In this document: piece by piece, positions 1-9,151 of the stretch
Layout: each line of letters opens with the position of its first letter
How positions within the stretch are numbered: the first letter of the stretch is position 1
From: Chthoniobacterales bacterium
Lineage (GTDB): Bacteria > Verrucomicrobiota > Verrucomicrobiia > Chthoniobacterales > Chthoniobacteraceae
Direction: 5' to 3'
DNA length: 64,000 nt
Assembly (NCBI GenBank): GCA_038207335.1
Contig: JBBQZX010000017.1
Span: forward strand, 1-64,000
The notes under the pieces: model-generated
Seen by the model: only the letters and a program-made list of their open reading frames with translations
Database searches by the model: none
Told to the model about the DNA's origin: nothing
Position numbers and translations under genes: made by a program

Positions 1-1
1 C

Positions 2-142
2 CATTTGGGCTCGCCTCAAAGGCGTGAGAGTGGCATTAGCGTGCATGTTGTCCGTGCGGAATTTGAGGCGGTTGAGTGTTCATCCACCACCACCCTGCCA
101 AACCCTTCCCGTGCGGACAACCTCCTGAAACATGACACCTAA
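2..142 (+). CDS. 3' end of upstream gene-cassette ORF (partial, hypothetical)
   Basis: Frame is open from base 2 to TAA at 140-142, and that stop lies inside the R'' box (ACCTAAC) of the attC, as is typical for cassettes. Confidence 0.5.
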   Translation, partial: HLGSPQRRESGISVHVVRAEFEAVECSSTTTLPNPSRADNLLKHDT

Positions 143-260
143 CCATGCGCTGCAGCGAACGGCTCCGTGCGTCACGGTAGCTGCTTCCACCGCCGCCTTT
201 CCGCCCACCATGCAGGTGCCGCGCCGCACTCCGCTGTCGCTGAGCTTGGGGTCGTTAGGC
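137..260 (+). mobile_element. Integron attC recombination site (complete, 124 bp)
   Basis: R'' ACCTAAC 137-143 (RYYYAAC); L'' GCTGCAGCG 149-157; L' CGCTGAGC 238-245, complementary except one extra base; R' GTTAGGC 254-260 (GTTRRRY); imperfect internal palindrome. Confidence 0.93.
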
Positions 261-273
261 CGCTACACACGTC

Positions 274-615
274 ATGAGCACATCACGCACAGAGTTGGTT
301 GAGCGATTGGTTCGCTTTGACGCTCCTCTTGCACCGACGCTGTCGGCATTGCGCGAGTTTGGTTGGGATTGTGACGAGCCACTCGTCACTCTGGACGCGC
401 TTTCAGTTCGCTCAGTGTTGCAGCGGTATCTCTCTGGCAGCCTCACCGTCACCGATGTTGAGGCATGGGCAGACGCTATCGAGTGTCGAGACGATGTGGA
501 TTATTCCAGCTTCCGCGACATCATTCACGAGTTGGCTAATCCATTGCTCACGCGAGCATTGACACCCACTACAGCACAGGAGTTATTGAGTCATGCACAC
601 ACCAACGGGGCCTAA
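274..615 (+). CDS. Gene-cassette hypothetical protein, 113 aa
   Basis: ORF starts 13 bp after R' and its TAA lies in the next R'' box (GCCTAAC 610-616); composition differs from the neighbouring genes. Confidence 0.85.
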   Translation: MSTSRTELVERLVRFDAPLAPTLSALREFGWDCDEPLVTLDALSVRSVLQRYLSGSLTVTDVEAWADAIECRDDVDYSSFRDIIHELANPLLTRALTPTTAQELLSHAHTNGA

Positions 616-659
616 CCATGCGCTGCAGCGAACGGCTCCGCGTGTCACGGCTCCGGCTT
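610..659 (+). mobile_element. Truncated attC (left half only)
   Basis: 611-640 is identical to 138-167 (30 bp); similarity decays at about 650-659 and no L'/R' follows. Confidence 0.85.
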
Positions 660-2357
660 GGTGATTTTCTGGACGTACAGCACGGTGCCGTTTTCGGAGG
701 CGAAGTCGCCCCCGCGCAGGTGGAAGCCGGCGGGCGCGCGGGTGAGGATGTAGAGGAGCGCTTCGTCGGGGGCGAGCGCGGGGGGCGGGATCTCGTGGGG
801 CATCCGCTCGGCGCCGCCGAGGTCGCGCGCGATGAGGGTCTTGATGGACTTTCTGAGCCAGGCGGCTTGGTCGCCTTCCTGGGTCGTCATCCACGGAGAG
901 GGGATTTCCTGCGAGACGTTTGCGAAGAAGGTGTCGGCGGGCTCGGGAGCTCTGAGGGTGAATCGGTCGCCGGTGACGATCATGGTGAAGAACTGGTCGA
1001 CGCATTTCAAAACCATCTCATCGATGGGCTGCGGGAATGCCGGGCCGTGGCGGAGGGTGAGGGCGGTGAGGGTGCCTGCGGAGTCGGTCTCCCACTTCTC
1101 CACGGTGACGCTGGTGTCGTCGCCCTGCATGACGCCGCGATGGATGAAGGGCCGGGAGGAGTAGAGGGGGAGATCGACGGCGAGGATGCCGTCGCGGCCG
1201 TTGAGGATCTGGCCGTGGACGGGGTCGCTGGTGCCGACGGAGTAGAGATTGGAGGGGGCGGCGTGGGTGAGTTTGTAGAGGTCGCCGTGGGTGACGAATG
1301 CGCTGATCCACTGGATGACGTCGTAGCGCGTGCCGCCGAGGGAATGGGCGATGGAGATGGAGTGGACGCGCTGGGTCTCGTCCGCGCCGCGCCGCCCGGC
1401 CCACGCAAATGAGGCGGCATACGCGGCGACGATGCCGAGGAATGCGAGGATGGAGAGGCGGTAGTTCATGCGCCGCCCGGTGAGGAAGTGCGCGGGGCCG
1501 ACGACGACGAGGTAGCTGGCGGTGAGGAGATAGACGAGCCACCACGCGATGCGCGGCTTGGTGAGGCTGGCGAGTTTTTGCAGGAGGGTCTGGTCGAATG
1601 CGTAGAGGTTGATTTGTTTCCCATTGCGCAAGTCGCGCGCAGGTGAGCCGTGCTCGTCGAGGAACGGTTCGGTGATGTCGGCGCGCGCGATGGTGTGGCG
1701 AAAGACGGCGCCTGCGCCGATGCGGGAGCGGTCGGCGGTGCCGTTGAGCGGGGCGAGTTCCGCGGTGAATTCGGGGAGGGTGCCATTCGCGCCGCGCAGG
1801 AGATGGACGACGCCGCCGCGGTGGAGCCAATCAATGAAGGCCTCGCGCCGGGCGACTTCCCAGCGGGGGACGTGATCGAGCACGACGGCGGCGAGGCCGT
1901 CGGTGGCGCCGACGGTGGTGGGGAAGAGGTCGTCGGGGAAGATTTTCATCCGCACGGCGGCCGCGAGTGTGCTCTCGGGGTCGGCGAGGAAAACGCGCGC
2001 GGGGCCGGCGGAGGTGGGGGCATCGACATCGCGCTGATCGCGGCCCCAGCGGAGATGCCAGCCGGTGTTTTGGTCAGAGATGTAGGGCTGGAATTGCACG
2101 TATCGCGCGCTGCCCGGCGCGACGTAGATCGGCTGGACGATCGGCGCGCCAGCAGTGCCGCCGATGCCCTGCGTTTGCTCCAGGATCATCTGGCCATCGA
2201 ATGGCTGCGCCGTGGGATTTTCCACGAGCACAGAGAGGATCGCGAACCGGTCCGGCACGACGCGCCCGTCGAAGCCCCAGCGCACGTCCTTGATCTCAAG
2301 GGCGTCTGCGGTCAGCGCGCCGAGCAGCGCGAGCAACAGCAGGAGCGCGTTTTTCAT
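645..2357 (-). CDS. Hypothetical exported/membrane protein (signal peptide plus two internal TM helices)
   Basis: Long ORF with N-terminal MKNALLLLLALLGALTADA and two hydrophobic segments mid-protein; follows glpX directly; alternative start 2369. Confidence 0.8.
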   Translation of the reverse strand: MKNALLLLLALLGALTADALEIKDVRWGFDGRVVPDRFAILSVLVENPTAQPFDGQMILEQTQGIGGTAGAPIVQPIYVAPGSARYVQFQPYISDQNTGWHLRWGRDQRDVDAPTSAGPARVFLADPESTLAAAVRMKIFPDDLFPTTVGATDGLAAVVLDHVPRWEVARREAFIDWLHRGGVVHLLRGANGTLPEFTAELAPLNGTADRSRIGAGAVFRHTIARADITEPFLDEHGSPARDLRNGKQINLYAFDQTLLQKLASLTKPRIAWWLVYLLTASYLVVVGPAHFLTGRRMNYRLSILAFLGIVAAYAASFAWAGRRGADETQRVHSISIAHSLGGTRYDVIQWISAFVTHGDLYKLTHAAPSNLYSVGTSDPVHGQILNGRDGILAVDLPLYSSRPFIHRGVMQGDDTSVTVEKWETDSAGTLTALTLRHGPAFPQPIDEMVLKCVDQFFTMIVTGDRFTLRAPEPADTFFANVSQEIPSPWMTTQEGDQAAWLRKSIKTLIARDLGGAERMPHEIPPPALAPDEALLYILTRAPAGFHLRGGDFASENGTVLYVQKITKPEP

Positions 2358-2365
2358 GCGGAGAC

Positions 2366-3442
2366 TCACGCCTCGGGCTCGTAATATGGCGCAGAGTTTT
2401 CGGAGCGCAGGGGGAGCCTTTTTGTCCGGAGTTCGTGATGCGTCTCGATGTAGCGCAGGGAGTGGGTCTTGGCGCGCATGAGGACGGAGTGGGTGATCGC
2501 ACAGTGCTTTTGCACGCGGATGCCCCGCACGAGCGGGCTGTCGCTGATACCGGTCGCGCAGAAGATGATGTTTTCGCCGCGCGCCAAATCGTCAGCGTGA
2601 AAGATGCGCCCGAGTTCGTGCGCGGAATCGCCGGCGGCGAGTTCGTTGCGCTCGGCTTCGTCTCGCGGCCACATCATCGATTGCATGTCGCCGCCGAGGC
2701 ATTTGAGCCCCGCCGAAGCGAGCACGGCCTCCGGCGAACCGCCGACGCCCATGAATAGATCGATGCCCGCATCGGCGATCGAGGGTGCGATCGCAGCCGC
2801 GATGTCGCCGTCGCTGATCATGCGGAGTGCGGCGCCGGTCGCGCGGATTTCGGCGATCAAGTTTTGATGCCGCGGGCGGTCCATCACGAGCACGACGACA
2901 TCCTGCACGCGCTTGCCGAGGATGGCCGCGGCGGCCTGCACATTTTCCGCGACGGGGCTCAGCAGCGCGAGCGACTGCGCGCCCGTGCGGGCCATGTGCC
3001 GCACGATCTCGGGGCCGTACGCGAGCTTCAGCATGTAGAAAGAAGGGATGTCCTTGAGCGAATATTTTTCGCCCTCCTGCACGATCGCCGCCGCGATGCA
3101 GGAGATGGAATTCGGCGAGCCTTTCGCGATGTTCGTGGTGCCGTCGATGGGATCGAGCGCGATGTCGAACCGCGTGGTGCCGGGAAGCCACGAGCCGAGA
3201 TGTTCGCCTTTGAAAATACCGGGCGCGTTGTCCTTGATCCCCTCGCCGATCGTGACCTCCGCGCTGATGTCCATGTTGTCGAACATGCCGCGAATCGCGT
3301 CGCACGCGGCGGCATCGGCGAGTTCCTTCTCGCCGCGCCCAAACCATTGTAGCGAATTCAGCGACGCGTTTTCAGTGGCGCGGACGAAGTCGAATTCGAG
3401 CAGGCGCTCGACGCCGTCGTATTGCTCTCGGAGGGATCTCAT
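2366..3442 (-). CDS. glpX: Class II fructose-1,6-bisphosphatase
   Basis: Motifs IGEG.KD.AP, DPIDGT, MDRPRH, ISDGD, GGSPEAV, ATGISD. Confidence 0.95.
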   Translation of the reverse strand: MRSLREQYDGVERLLEFDFVRATENASLNSLQWFGRGEKELADAAACDAIRGMFDNMDISAEVTIGEGIKDNAPGIFKGEHLGSWLPGTTRFDIALDPIDGTTNIAKGSPNSISCIAAAIVQEGEKYSLKDIPSFYMLKLAYGPEIVRHMARTGAQSLALLSPVAENVQAAAAILGKRVQDVVVLVMDRPRHQNLIAEIRATGAALRMISDGDIAAAIAPSIADAGIDLFMGVGGSPEAVLASAGLKCLGGDMQSMMWPRDEAERNELAAGDSAHELGRIFHADDLARGENIIFCATGISDSPLVRGIRVQKHCAITHSVLMRAKTHSLRYIETHHELRTKRLPLRSENSAPYYEPEA

Positions 3443-3490
3443 GCGGTAAGTGTCGGCGGGCGAAGCGGCGGGAAAAAGCGCGAAGTCACA

Positions 3491-4606
3491 TCAGCTCGCG
3501 AGAACCGAGCGGACGGCGTCGTGGACGAGATTCCAGGGGACGTCCTCGCACTGCCGCCATGCGCCGATTTCGGTCGGGAGGACGAAGACGTTTTTGCCGT
3601 CACGGAATTTCTTGTCCATCTGCATGGCGCGGATGATTCGGTCGAAAAGTTCCGGTGCCGCGGGATGCGCGGAGGGCAGTCCGGCGCGCTGGATCAAGGC
3701 CTCAAGCCGGTCGGCGAACGATGGTTCGCAAATCCCGAGCGCGAGCGCTAGGCGCGTGGCGGCGATCATGCCGATGGAAATCGCCTCGCCGTGCGTGAGC
3801 GAGTAGTCGGCGGAAAGCTCGAGCGCGTGGCCGATCGTATGGCCAAAATTGAGGACGTTGCGGATGCCCTTTTTGTCGAACTCATCCTGCGCGACGACCG
3901 CCGCTTTCAGCCGGACGCACTGCGCGACGATGTCGATGAGCGCCCCGGGTTCGAGCACGAGGAGCCTTTCCAAATCGCCGCTTTCGAGCTGCTCGAAAAG
4001 CGACGCGTTGCAGACGCCGCCGTACTTGATGATCTCCGCGGTACCGCTCCGCAGTTCGCGCGGACTGAGGCTTCCGAGCAGCGCGAGGTCACAGACGACG
4101 AGGCGCGGCTGGTTGAAGATGCCCATGATGTTTTTCACGCCGCCGAAATTGACGGCGACCTTTCCGCCGACGCTGGAATCAACCGCCGCGAGCAGCGTAG
4201 TGGGAAGCTGCACAAACGGCACGCCGCGCCGGAACACGCCGGCTGCGAATCCGCCGAGATCGCCGACGACGCCGCCACCGAGCAGCAGCACGAGCGGGAT
4301 CGAACCGGTATCGGGAAACGCCGCGAGGAGCGCGGTGCAGGTGCCGGAAAACTCGTCCCAATTTTTCCCCTCCTCGCTCGCCGGGATGTCGTGGCGGACG
4401 ATCCGCGTGAAGCCCGCCGCAGTCAGCGCGGTGGTAAGACTTTCAAAATAGAGCGCGCCGACCTGTGGATTGGTGATGACGAATGCGCCGGTCTGCCGCA
4501 GCCCGTGATCGCGCAACATCGCGCCGAGCGACGGCAGCAAATCCGCGCCGATGACGACGGGATAGCTGCGCGGACCGAGATCGACATCGACGCGGACGGA
4601 ATTCAT
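3491..4606 (-). CDS. aroB: 3-dehydroquinate synthase
   Basis: GGGVVGDLGGF, PTTLLAAVDSSVGGK, LNFGHTIGHALE, HGEAI, DKK. Confidence 0.95.
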   Translation of the reverse strand: MNSVRVDVDLGPRSYPVVIGADLLPSLGAMLRDHGLRQTGAFVITNPQVGALYFESLTTALTAAGFTRIVRHDIPASEEGKNWDEFSGTCTALLAAFPDTGSIPLVLLLGGGVVGDLGGFAAGVFRRGVPFVQLPTTLLAAVDSSVGGKVAVNFGGVKNIMGIFNQPRLVVCDLALLGSLSPRELRSGTAEIIKYGGVCNASLFEQLESGDLERLLVLEPGALIDIVAQCVRLKAAVVAQDEFDKKGIRNVLNFGHTIGHALELSADYSLTHGEAISIGMIAATRLALALGICEPSFADRLEALIQRAGLPSAHPAAPELFDRIIRAMQMDKKFRDGKNVFVLPTEIGAWRQCEDVPWNLVHDAVRSVLAS

Positions 4607-4685
4607 GGGACGGCGAGGTTTCGCAAATTCCCCGCGAGCCGCGACACATTTGTGTAGCGTCGGTCGCTGCGGTTAACCTCCGCTG

Positions 4686-6623
4686 TTAGTTCTCGTCCGG
4701 CGACTGGACGGCTTCGGCGCGGCGGACGGGGATGTCTTCGTCCATTTCGTCGGGATCCGGCTTGCGCTTTTTCTTCTTCGATTCCTTCGGCTCTTTTTTG
4801 AAGACTTCGCGCAGCACGTTCCCGATCAGCGGCGCGGCCGCGGTGCCGCCGTGGACATCGTTGCGATCGACTTCGCCCTCGTAGAGCGCGGCGAAGGCGT
4901 AGCGCGGTTTGTCCGCCGGCGCGAAACCCGCAAACCATGCGGCGGTGCGCTCGCGATGTTTCGGGCCCCACTGCGCGGTGCCGGTTTTGCCGGCAACATG
5001 CACGTTATCGACTTGCGCTCGGCCCGCGGTGCCTGACCGGCTTTCCACGACCGCGGTCATCGCTTTTCGCAGCTCGCTGATGACGCCTTTATCGATCTCC
5101 ACCTGGCCGCGCGCGCGGACTCCGTATGCGTTCACGATCTGGTCGTCGATGCTCTGCACCTGCTGCACGAGCCGCGTCTGGTAGAGCGTGCCGCCGTTGC
5201 CGAGCGTGGCCATCGCCTGCGCCATTTGGAGCGGCGAAATCTGCGTGTCGCCCTGCCCGATCGCGAGGTTCGCCACGTCGCCTTTCGACATGCGGTGCTT
5301 GTAGGTCTTGAACCAATATTCCTCCGTCGGAATCCGCCCATCGGTTTCCGCATTCAGCGGAATGCCGGTCTTCTGGCCGAGCCCGAGCCGCTGCGTGTAG
5401 TCGATGATCGTCGGAGCGCCGACCTTGATCCCAGCCTGATAAAACCAAGTATTGCACGACTGCGTGAGCGCGTCGGCGAAGTTCAGCATTCCCGAGCCGG
5501 TCTTCTTCCAGTTGCGGAAAGTCATGTTGCCGATTTCGAGCGACGCGGGGCAGCTGAATTCGTCGTCGCGAGCGATGATGCCGGACTGCAGCGCGGCGAG
5601 GCCGACGAAGCATTTGAAGGTCGAGCCGGGCGGATACGACGAGCGATAGGCGCGCGGGAGGAGCGGGATATTCGGGTCGGCCTGGAGCGCGCGAAATGCG
5701 TCGCCGGTGATAACCGGCACGAACGCGTTTGGATCGATCGTCGGCCATGAAGCGAGCGCGAGCACGTCGCCGTTGTTGGGGTCGATGACGACGATTGCCC
5801 CGCGCTTGCAGCCCTTTTGCAGCGAGTCTTCGCAGAGTTTTTGAAGATGAGAGTCGATGGTGGTCACGACGTTGTAACCGGGTTGCGGCGGGATGGAGAT
5901 TTGCTCGGACTGCTTCGCGCCGCGCGCATCGAACGAGATGTTGTATTGCCCGACCTTCCCCTGGAGTTGCTCGTCGAATGTCTGCTCGAGCCCATCGCGC
6001 CCCTCGGCATTCGGCCAAAGCAGTTCGTTATTTTCGATCGGGCCGTCGGCCATCTTGCCGGCACGTCCGGCGTATCCAATGATATGGCCGGCGAGCGCGC
6101 CCTCGGGATAAAATCGCTGATAGACCGGTTGCAGCGTGAGGTTCTCCGGCTGGTCGCGCTTGATGATCGCGAGTTCGCTCGGGCGCAAATCCTGGGCGAT
6201 GACGTAAGGCAGCACGCCGCGATTTTTGTAGTGCTTCAGCGCGGCATCGGGGGAGAACGTGATCGCGCGTCCAAGCAGCGATTGCGCGCGGATGATCTGC
6301 GCGCGGGCGAATGCAGCGACCTGACTGTCGGAGAATGTGAGCGGTGTCGGGAATGCGATCGCGAGGTTGTAGCTCACGCGTGTCTGCGCGAGCGGGATGC
6401 CGTTGCGATCGACGATCTGGCCGCGCGGCGCGGGGATGCCGAGGAGATAAGTGCGCGCGTGTTTTTGCGTTTCCCAGCTCGGCGTCGGCGCGTTCGGCGT
6501 GATGTCAGAGGGCGCAGCGGGCGTGTCGATTTTCGCCGGCATGATGTGCGACTCGGGCTCGGCCGAGGCCGTGGAAAAAGCGGCAGCGGAGAGGAGGAAA
6601 GTCAGCGCGACAGGGCGGAGCAT
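4686..6623 (-). CDS. mrdA: Class B penicillin-binding protein (PBP2-like)
   Basis: APRGQIVDRNG, R.YP, GSTFK (SxxK), SCN, KTG; start at 6623 or 6644. Confidence 0.85.
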   Translation of the reverse strand: MLRPVALTFLLSAAAFSTASAEPESHIMPAKIDTPAAPSDITPNAPTPSWETQKHARTYLLGIPAPRGQIVDRNGIPLAQTRVSYNLAIAFPTPLTFSDSQVAAFARAQIIRAQSLLGRAITFSPDAALKHYKNRGVLPYVIAQDLRPSELAIIKRDQPENLTLQPVYQRFYPEGALAGHIIGYAGRAGKMADGPIENNELLWPNAEGRDGLEQTFDEQLQGKVGQYNISFDARGAKQSEQISIPPQPGYNVVTTIDSHLQKLCEDSLQKGCKRGAIVVIDPNNGDVLALASWPTIDPNAFVPVITGDAFRALQADPNIPLLPRAYRSSYPPGSTFKCFVGLAALQSGIIARDDEFSCPASLEIGNMTFRNWKKTGSGMLNFADALTQSCNTWFYQAGIKVGAPTIIDYTQRLGLGQKTGIPLNAETDGRIPTEEYWFKTYKHRMSKGDVANLAIGQGDTQISPLQMAQAMATLGNGGTLYQTRLVQQVQSIDDQIVNAYGVRARGQVEIDKGVISELRKAMTAVVESRSGTAGRAQVDNVHVAGKTGTAQWGPKHRERTAAWFAGFAPADKPRYAFAALYEGEVDRNDVHGGTAAAPLIGNVLREVFKKEPKESKKKKRKPDPDEMDEDIPVRRAEAVQSPDEN

Positions 6624-6672
6624 GGCGGGGAAATTAGCGCGCATGTCCGATCTGCACAAAACGAAATGAATC

Positions 6673-6697
6673 TGTATCCGGGGATCGGTGATCCCGG
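6673..6697. repeat. REP-like palindrome (degenerate)
   Basis: TGTATCCG-GGGATC-GGT-GATCCC-GG; a related copy lies in opposite orientation at about 31360-31382. Confidence 0.55.
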
Positions 6698-6728
6698 TGG
6701 ATTGGATCAAAGCTCCCGGCGCCAGCGC

Positions 6729-9050
6729 TTACTTCGTCGCCTTCGCCACGGTCGCTTTATCGACTCGCAGGATGCCGCCCTGAGCGAAGGCCGTGGTCAT
6801 TGGTTCGCCGTCTTTGATTAGCTGGAACTGGCAGAAGAGTTGTTTGTGCGAGGCGGCGGGTGCGGTGGGCTCGGCCTTCACGTTGAAGGTCACTTCCTTG
6901 TCGTCTTTCGTGATTTCTTTTTCATCCGCTGTCGTGTTTGGCGGGAGGCCAGTGAGGGTGATTTTCGCTTTCCCATCGAACGGAATTTTATTCTCGAGCT
7001 TCACCTTCACCGTGGTGCTGTCACCTTGATCGACAAAGGTGCGGACAATCTGCCCGGCCATGAACGGCGCAGCGACTTCGACCTCGACGAGCGCGGTGCT
7101 GAACCAGACGACTCCCTTGCCAAAATCCGCGTTGCCCACGACGCACACCTTCCACTTTTGCAGAGGTGCATTGCCGTTCGCGCTGAGCGGCACGGTGCCC
7201 TCGTCTTTGCCTTCAGGAATCTGCATCGTGCCCCCGGAATTGATGCCGGGCGGCGAGTAAAGCAGCGCGAGATTGATCGGGCCTTTGAAGTCGTTTTTGC
7301 GCTCGGCCGTGACTTTCAAATTCATCGAGCCGTTTTGCAGCAGCGCCACCTTTGGTTGTGAAAGGCTGATTTTCACCGGAATCTCGTCGGTGACGGAAAC
7401 GGCGAGTTTGTCCTCGTTAATCGAGTAATATGATTTCTGGTTGCCGTTCTCGATGATGTCGATGAGTTGGCTGATTTCGGAGTTGACCGGCTTGTCTTTC
7501 GGCGCGTCGGCGGCCTGCGCTTTCATGCCGAATGTCTTCGCGACCGGCGCGGCGTCGGGCGTGGCGTCGAAGACCACAGGCACGGTGTCGGTGCTCTTGT
7601 CAATCGTGAGGCCACTAGCGGTGACGCCAGCCGGGAGGCCGTCTGGGACAAGCTGGATTTCGCCACCGATGTCAGTCTTTTTGACCCGGATAAGGCTGGC
7701 GTAACGGTTGCCTTTCGGCACGACGATCGCGCGGCGTTCCTGGTTGGAATTTTGCACCATCTCGGGCAGCGAAATCGCGATGCGCGACTCGGCGGCGGTC
7801 ATCTCAACGCGATAGGTGAAAGTGGGGCCGCCGCGGCCGAGTTGGTCCTCGACGCCGATGACGAATTCCCCGTCGGCGGGCGCGGTCCACGAGAGGTAAC
7901 TGTCGCTGTTTCCGCTGTCGTCGTTTTGCGCGATGCGGTTGCCTTTCGCATCGAAAATCGAGAGCACCGCATCGAGCGGCGATCGGAGGCGGCGCGCCCA
8001 GACAGTCACGTCGTATTTCTGGCCCTTCACCGCTTTGAATCGGAAGCAATCGACGTCCGCTTTTTCCTGGATGATTCCGTTGAAGGCGAGCGGCAGCGAC
8101 TGGTCGATGAGCTTGCTGTCGGGTGGATTGTTGTTCGGCTCCGCTTCGAGCACATTTGGAAAGCTCGAGACCCGGATGTAATTGGGCTCCGGCGTCGGCT
8201 GGCCATCTTCGCTGAAGACCTCGAATCGATCGCTCGTCTGGTCGGGGAGCTTAATCGATTTCTCGATCGGCCCACTCGCGTCGCCGAGGAGTTTGACTTT
8301 CAAATCTTCGCCGGTGTGTCCGCCGGGCGGATAGACGGCGAGCGGCCGTGAAAAGGAGCCGATATCGAGCAAATACTGGCATTCACCCTGTCCAGAGTTG
8401 GTCGAGTCCTTCACCATTACGACGTACTTCCCATCCTCCGACGCGACAAAACTCGCAACTGGATCTTGCTGGGTAAATGCGGTGTCATCGACCTCGGCGA
8501 TGCGCGTGCCGTCGGCTTTGGAAATGCTGAGCGACGGGTCGTAAAGATTGCCGGTCTGGAGCCGCGCACCAATCATCTCGACGCTCACGCGCTGGCCTTT
8601 ATTGGCCTCGATTTCAAAGTAATCGCGATCTTCGCCCGGCGTCTTGCCCACGATGGTGGTGCCGAGTGCTACGGGCATCGGCTTCTTCGGGTCGTCCTTG
8701 TTTTCGACCTCCTCGACCACCGGAAACGGCGTGACATAAAAGAGCTTTACGTCCGACAAACCGGACGCAGTGACGATGCGAAATGTGTGCTCCCCGAGGC
8801 GCGCATTCGGGGCGACTTTGAGCTTCGTTTTGAATTTGTCTTTCGCCGCCGAGACCGTCGCGATCTCAAAGCCGGGCTCGTCGAACATCACCGTCTTGGC
8901 GTCTTCGAGATTGCTGCCGCGGAACTCGATTTCGCTCTCCGTCCCACGCTGCGCCGCGCTGGGATAGACGGTCGATGAGCGCGGCGAACCGGCGAGCACG
9001 CCGGAGGAAAGCGCCAGAAGCGCGGCAGGGAAGAGGAGGGATTTTTTCAT
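6729..9050 (-). CDS. Secreted pre-peptidase C-terminal (PPC) repeat protein of the type associated with DUF1501
   Basis: Signal peptide; repeated E.EPNN / D.D.F.F.A.KGQ / AR(R)L.S..D / NDD motifs; directly downstream of the DUF1501 gene. Confidence 0.85.
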   Translation of the reverse strand: MKKSLLFPAALLALSSGVLAGSPRSSTVYPSAAQRGTESEIEFRGSNLEDAKTVMFDEPGFEIATVSAAKDKFKTKLKVAPNARLGEHTFRIVTASGLSDVKLFYVTPFPVVEEVENKDDPKKPMPVALGTTIVGKTPGEDRDYFEIEANKGQRVSVEMIGARLQTGNLYDPSLSISKADGTRIAEVDDTAFTQQDPVASFVASEDGKYVVMVKDSTNSGQGECQYLLDIGSFSRPLAVYPPGGHTGEDLKVKLLGDASGPIEKSIKLPDQTSDRFEVFSEDGQPTPEPNYIRVSSFPNVLEAEPNNNPPDSKLIDQSLPLAFNGIIQEKADVDCFRFKAVKGQKYDVTVWARRLRSPLDAVLSIFDAKGNRIAQNDDSGNSDSYLSWTAPADGEFVIGVEDQLGRGGPTFTYRVEMTAAESRIAISLPEMVQNSNQERRAIVVPKGNRYASLIRVKKTDIGGEIQLVPDGLPAGVTASGLTIDKSTDTVPVVFDATPDAAPVAKTFGMKAQAADAPKDKPVNSEISQLIDIIENGNQKSYYSINEDKLAVSVTDEIPVKISLSQPKVALLQNGSMNLKVTAERKNDFKGPINLALLYSPPGINSGGTMQIPEGKDEGTVPLSANGNAPLQKWKVCVVGNADFGKGVVWFSTALVEVEVAAPFMAGQIVRTFVDQGDSTTVKVKLENKIPFDGKAKITLTGLPPNTTADEKEITKDDKEVTFNVKAEPTAPAASHKQLFCQFQLIKDGEPMTTAFAQGGILRVDKATVAKATK

Positions 9051-9151
9051 GCGAAGAAAGGCACCCGGGCGTGCAGGCGCAGCAGGCGCCTCATCGACGC
9101 CGGATCAAAGTGGGACGCCAACTCGCAGCGCGGATTGCGCGCTGGAAAAAA

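Noticed and set aside
137..640. 30-bp direct repeat considered as a CRISPR repeat
   Set aside because: Only two copies 473 bp apart flanking an ORF, with attC box structure; no cas genes
618..1412. 264-aa plus-strand ORF starting MRCSERL
   Set aside because: Its ATG comes from the attC sequence and the rest is antisense to the 645-2357 gene
4652..4672. TGTAGCGTCGGTCGC, a possible REP half
   Set aside because: No matching second arm and no second copy seen
9126..9151. Hairpin CAGCGCG-GATTG-CGCGCTG after the DUF1501 gene
   Set aside because: The T-run precedes the stem on the transcribed strand, so it is not a standard terminator; may only stabilise mRNA
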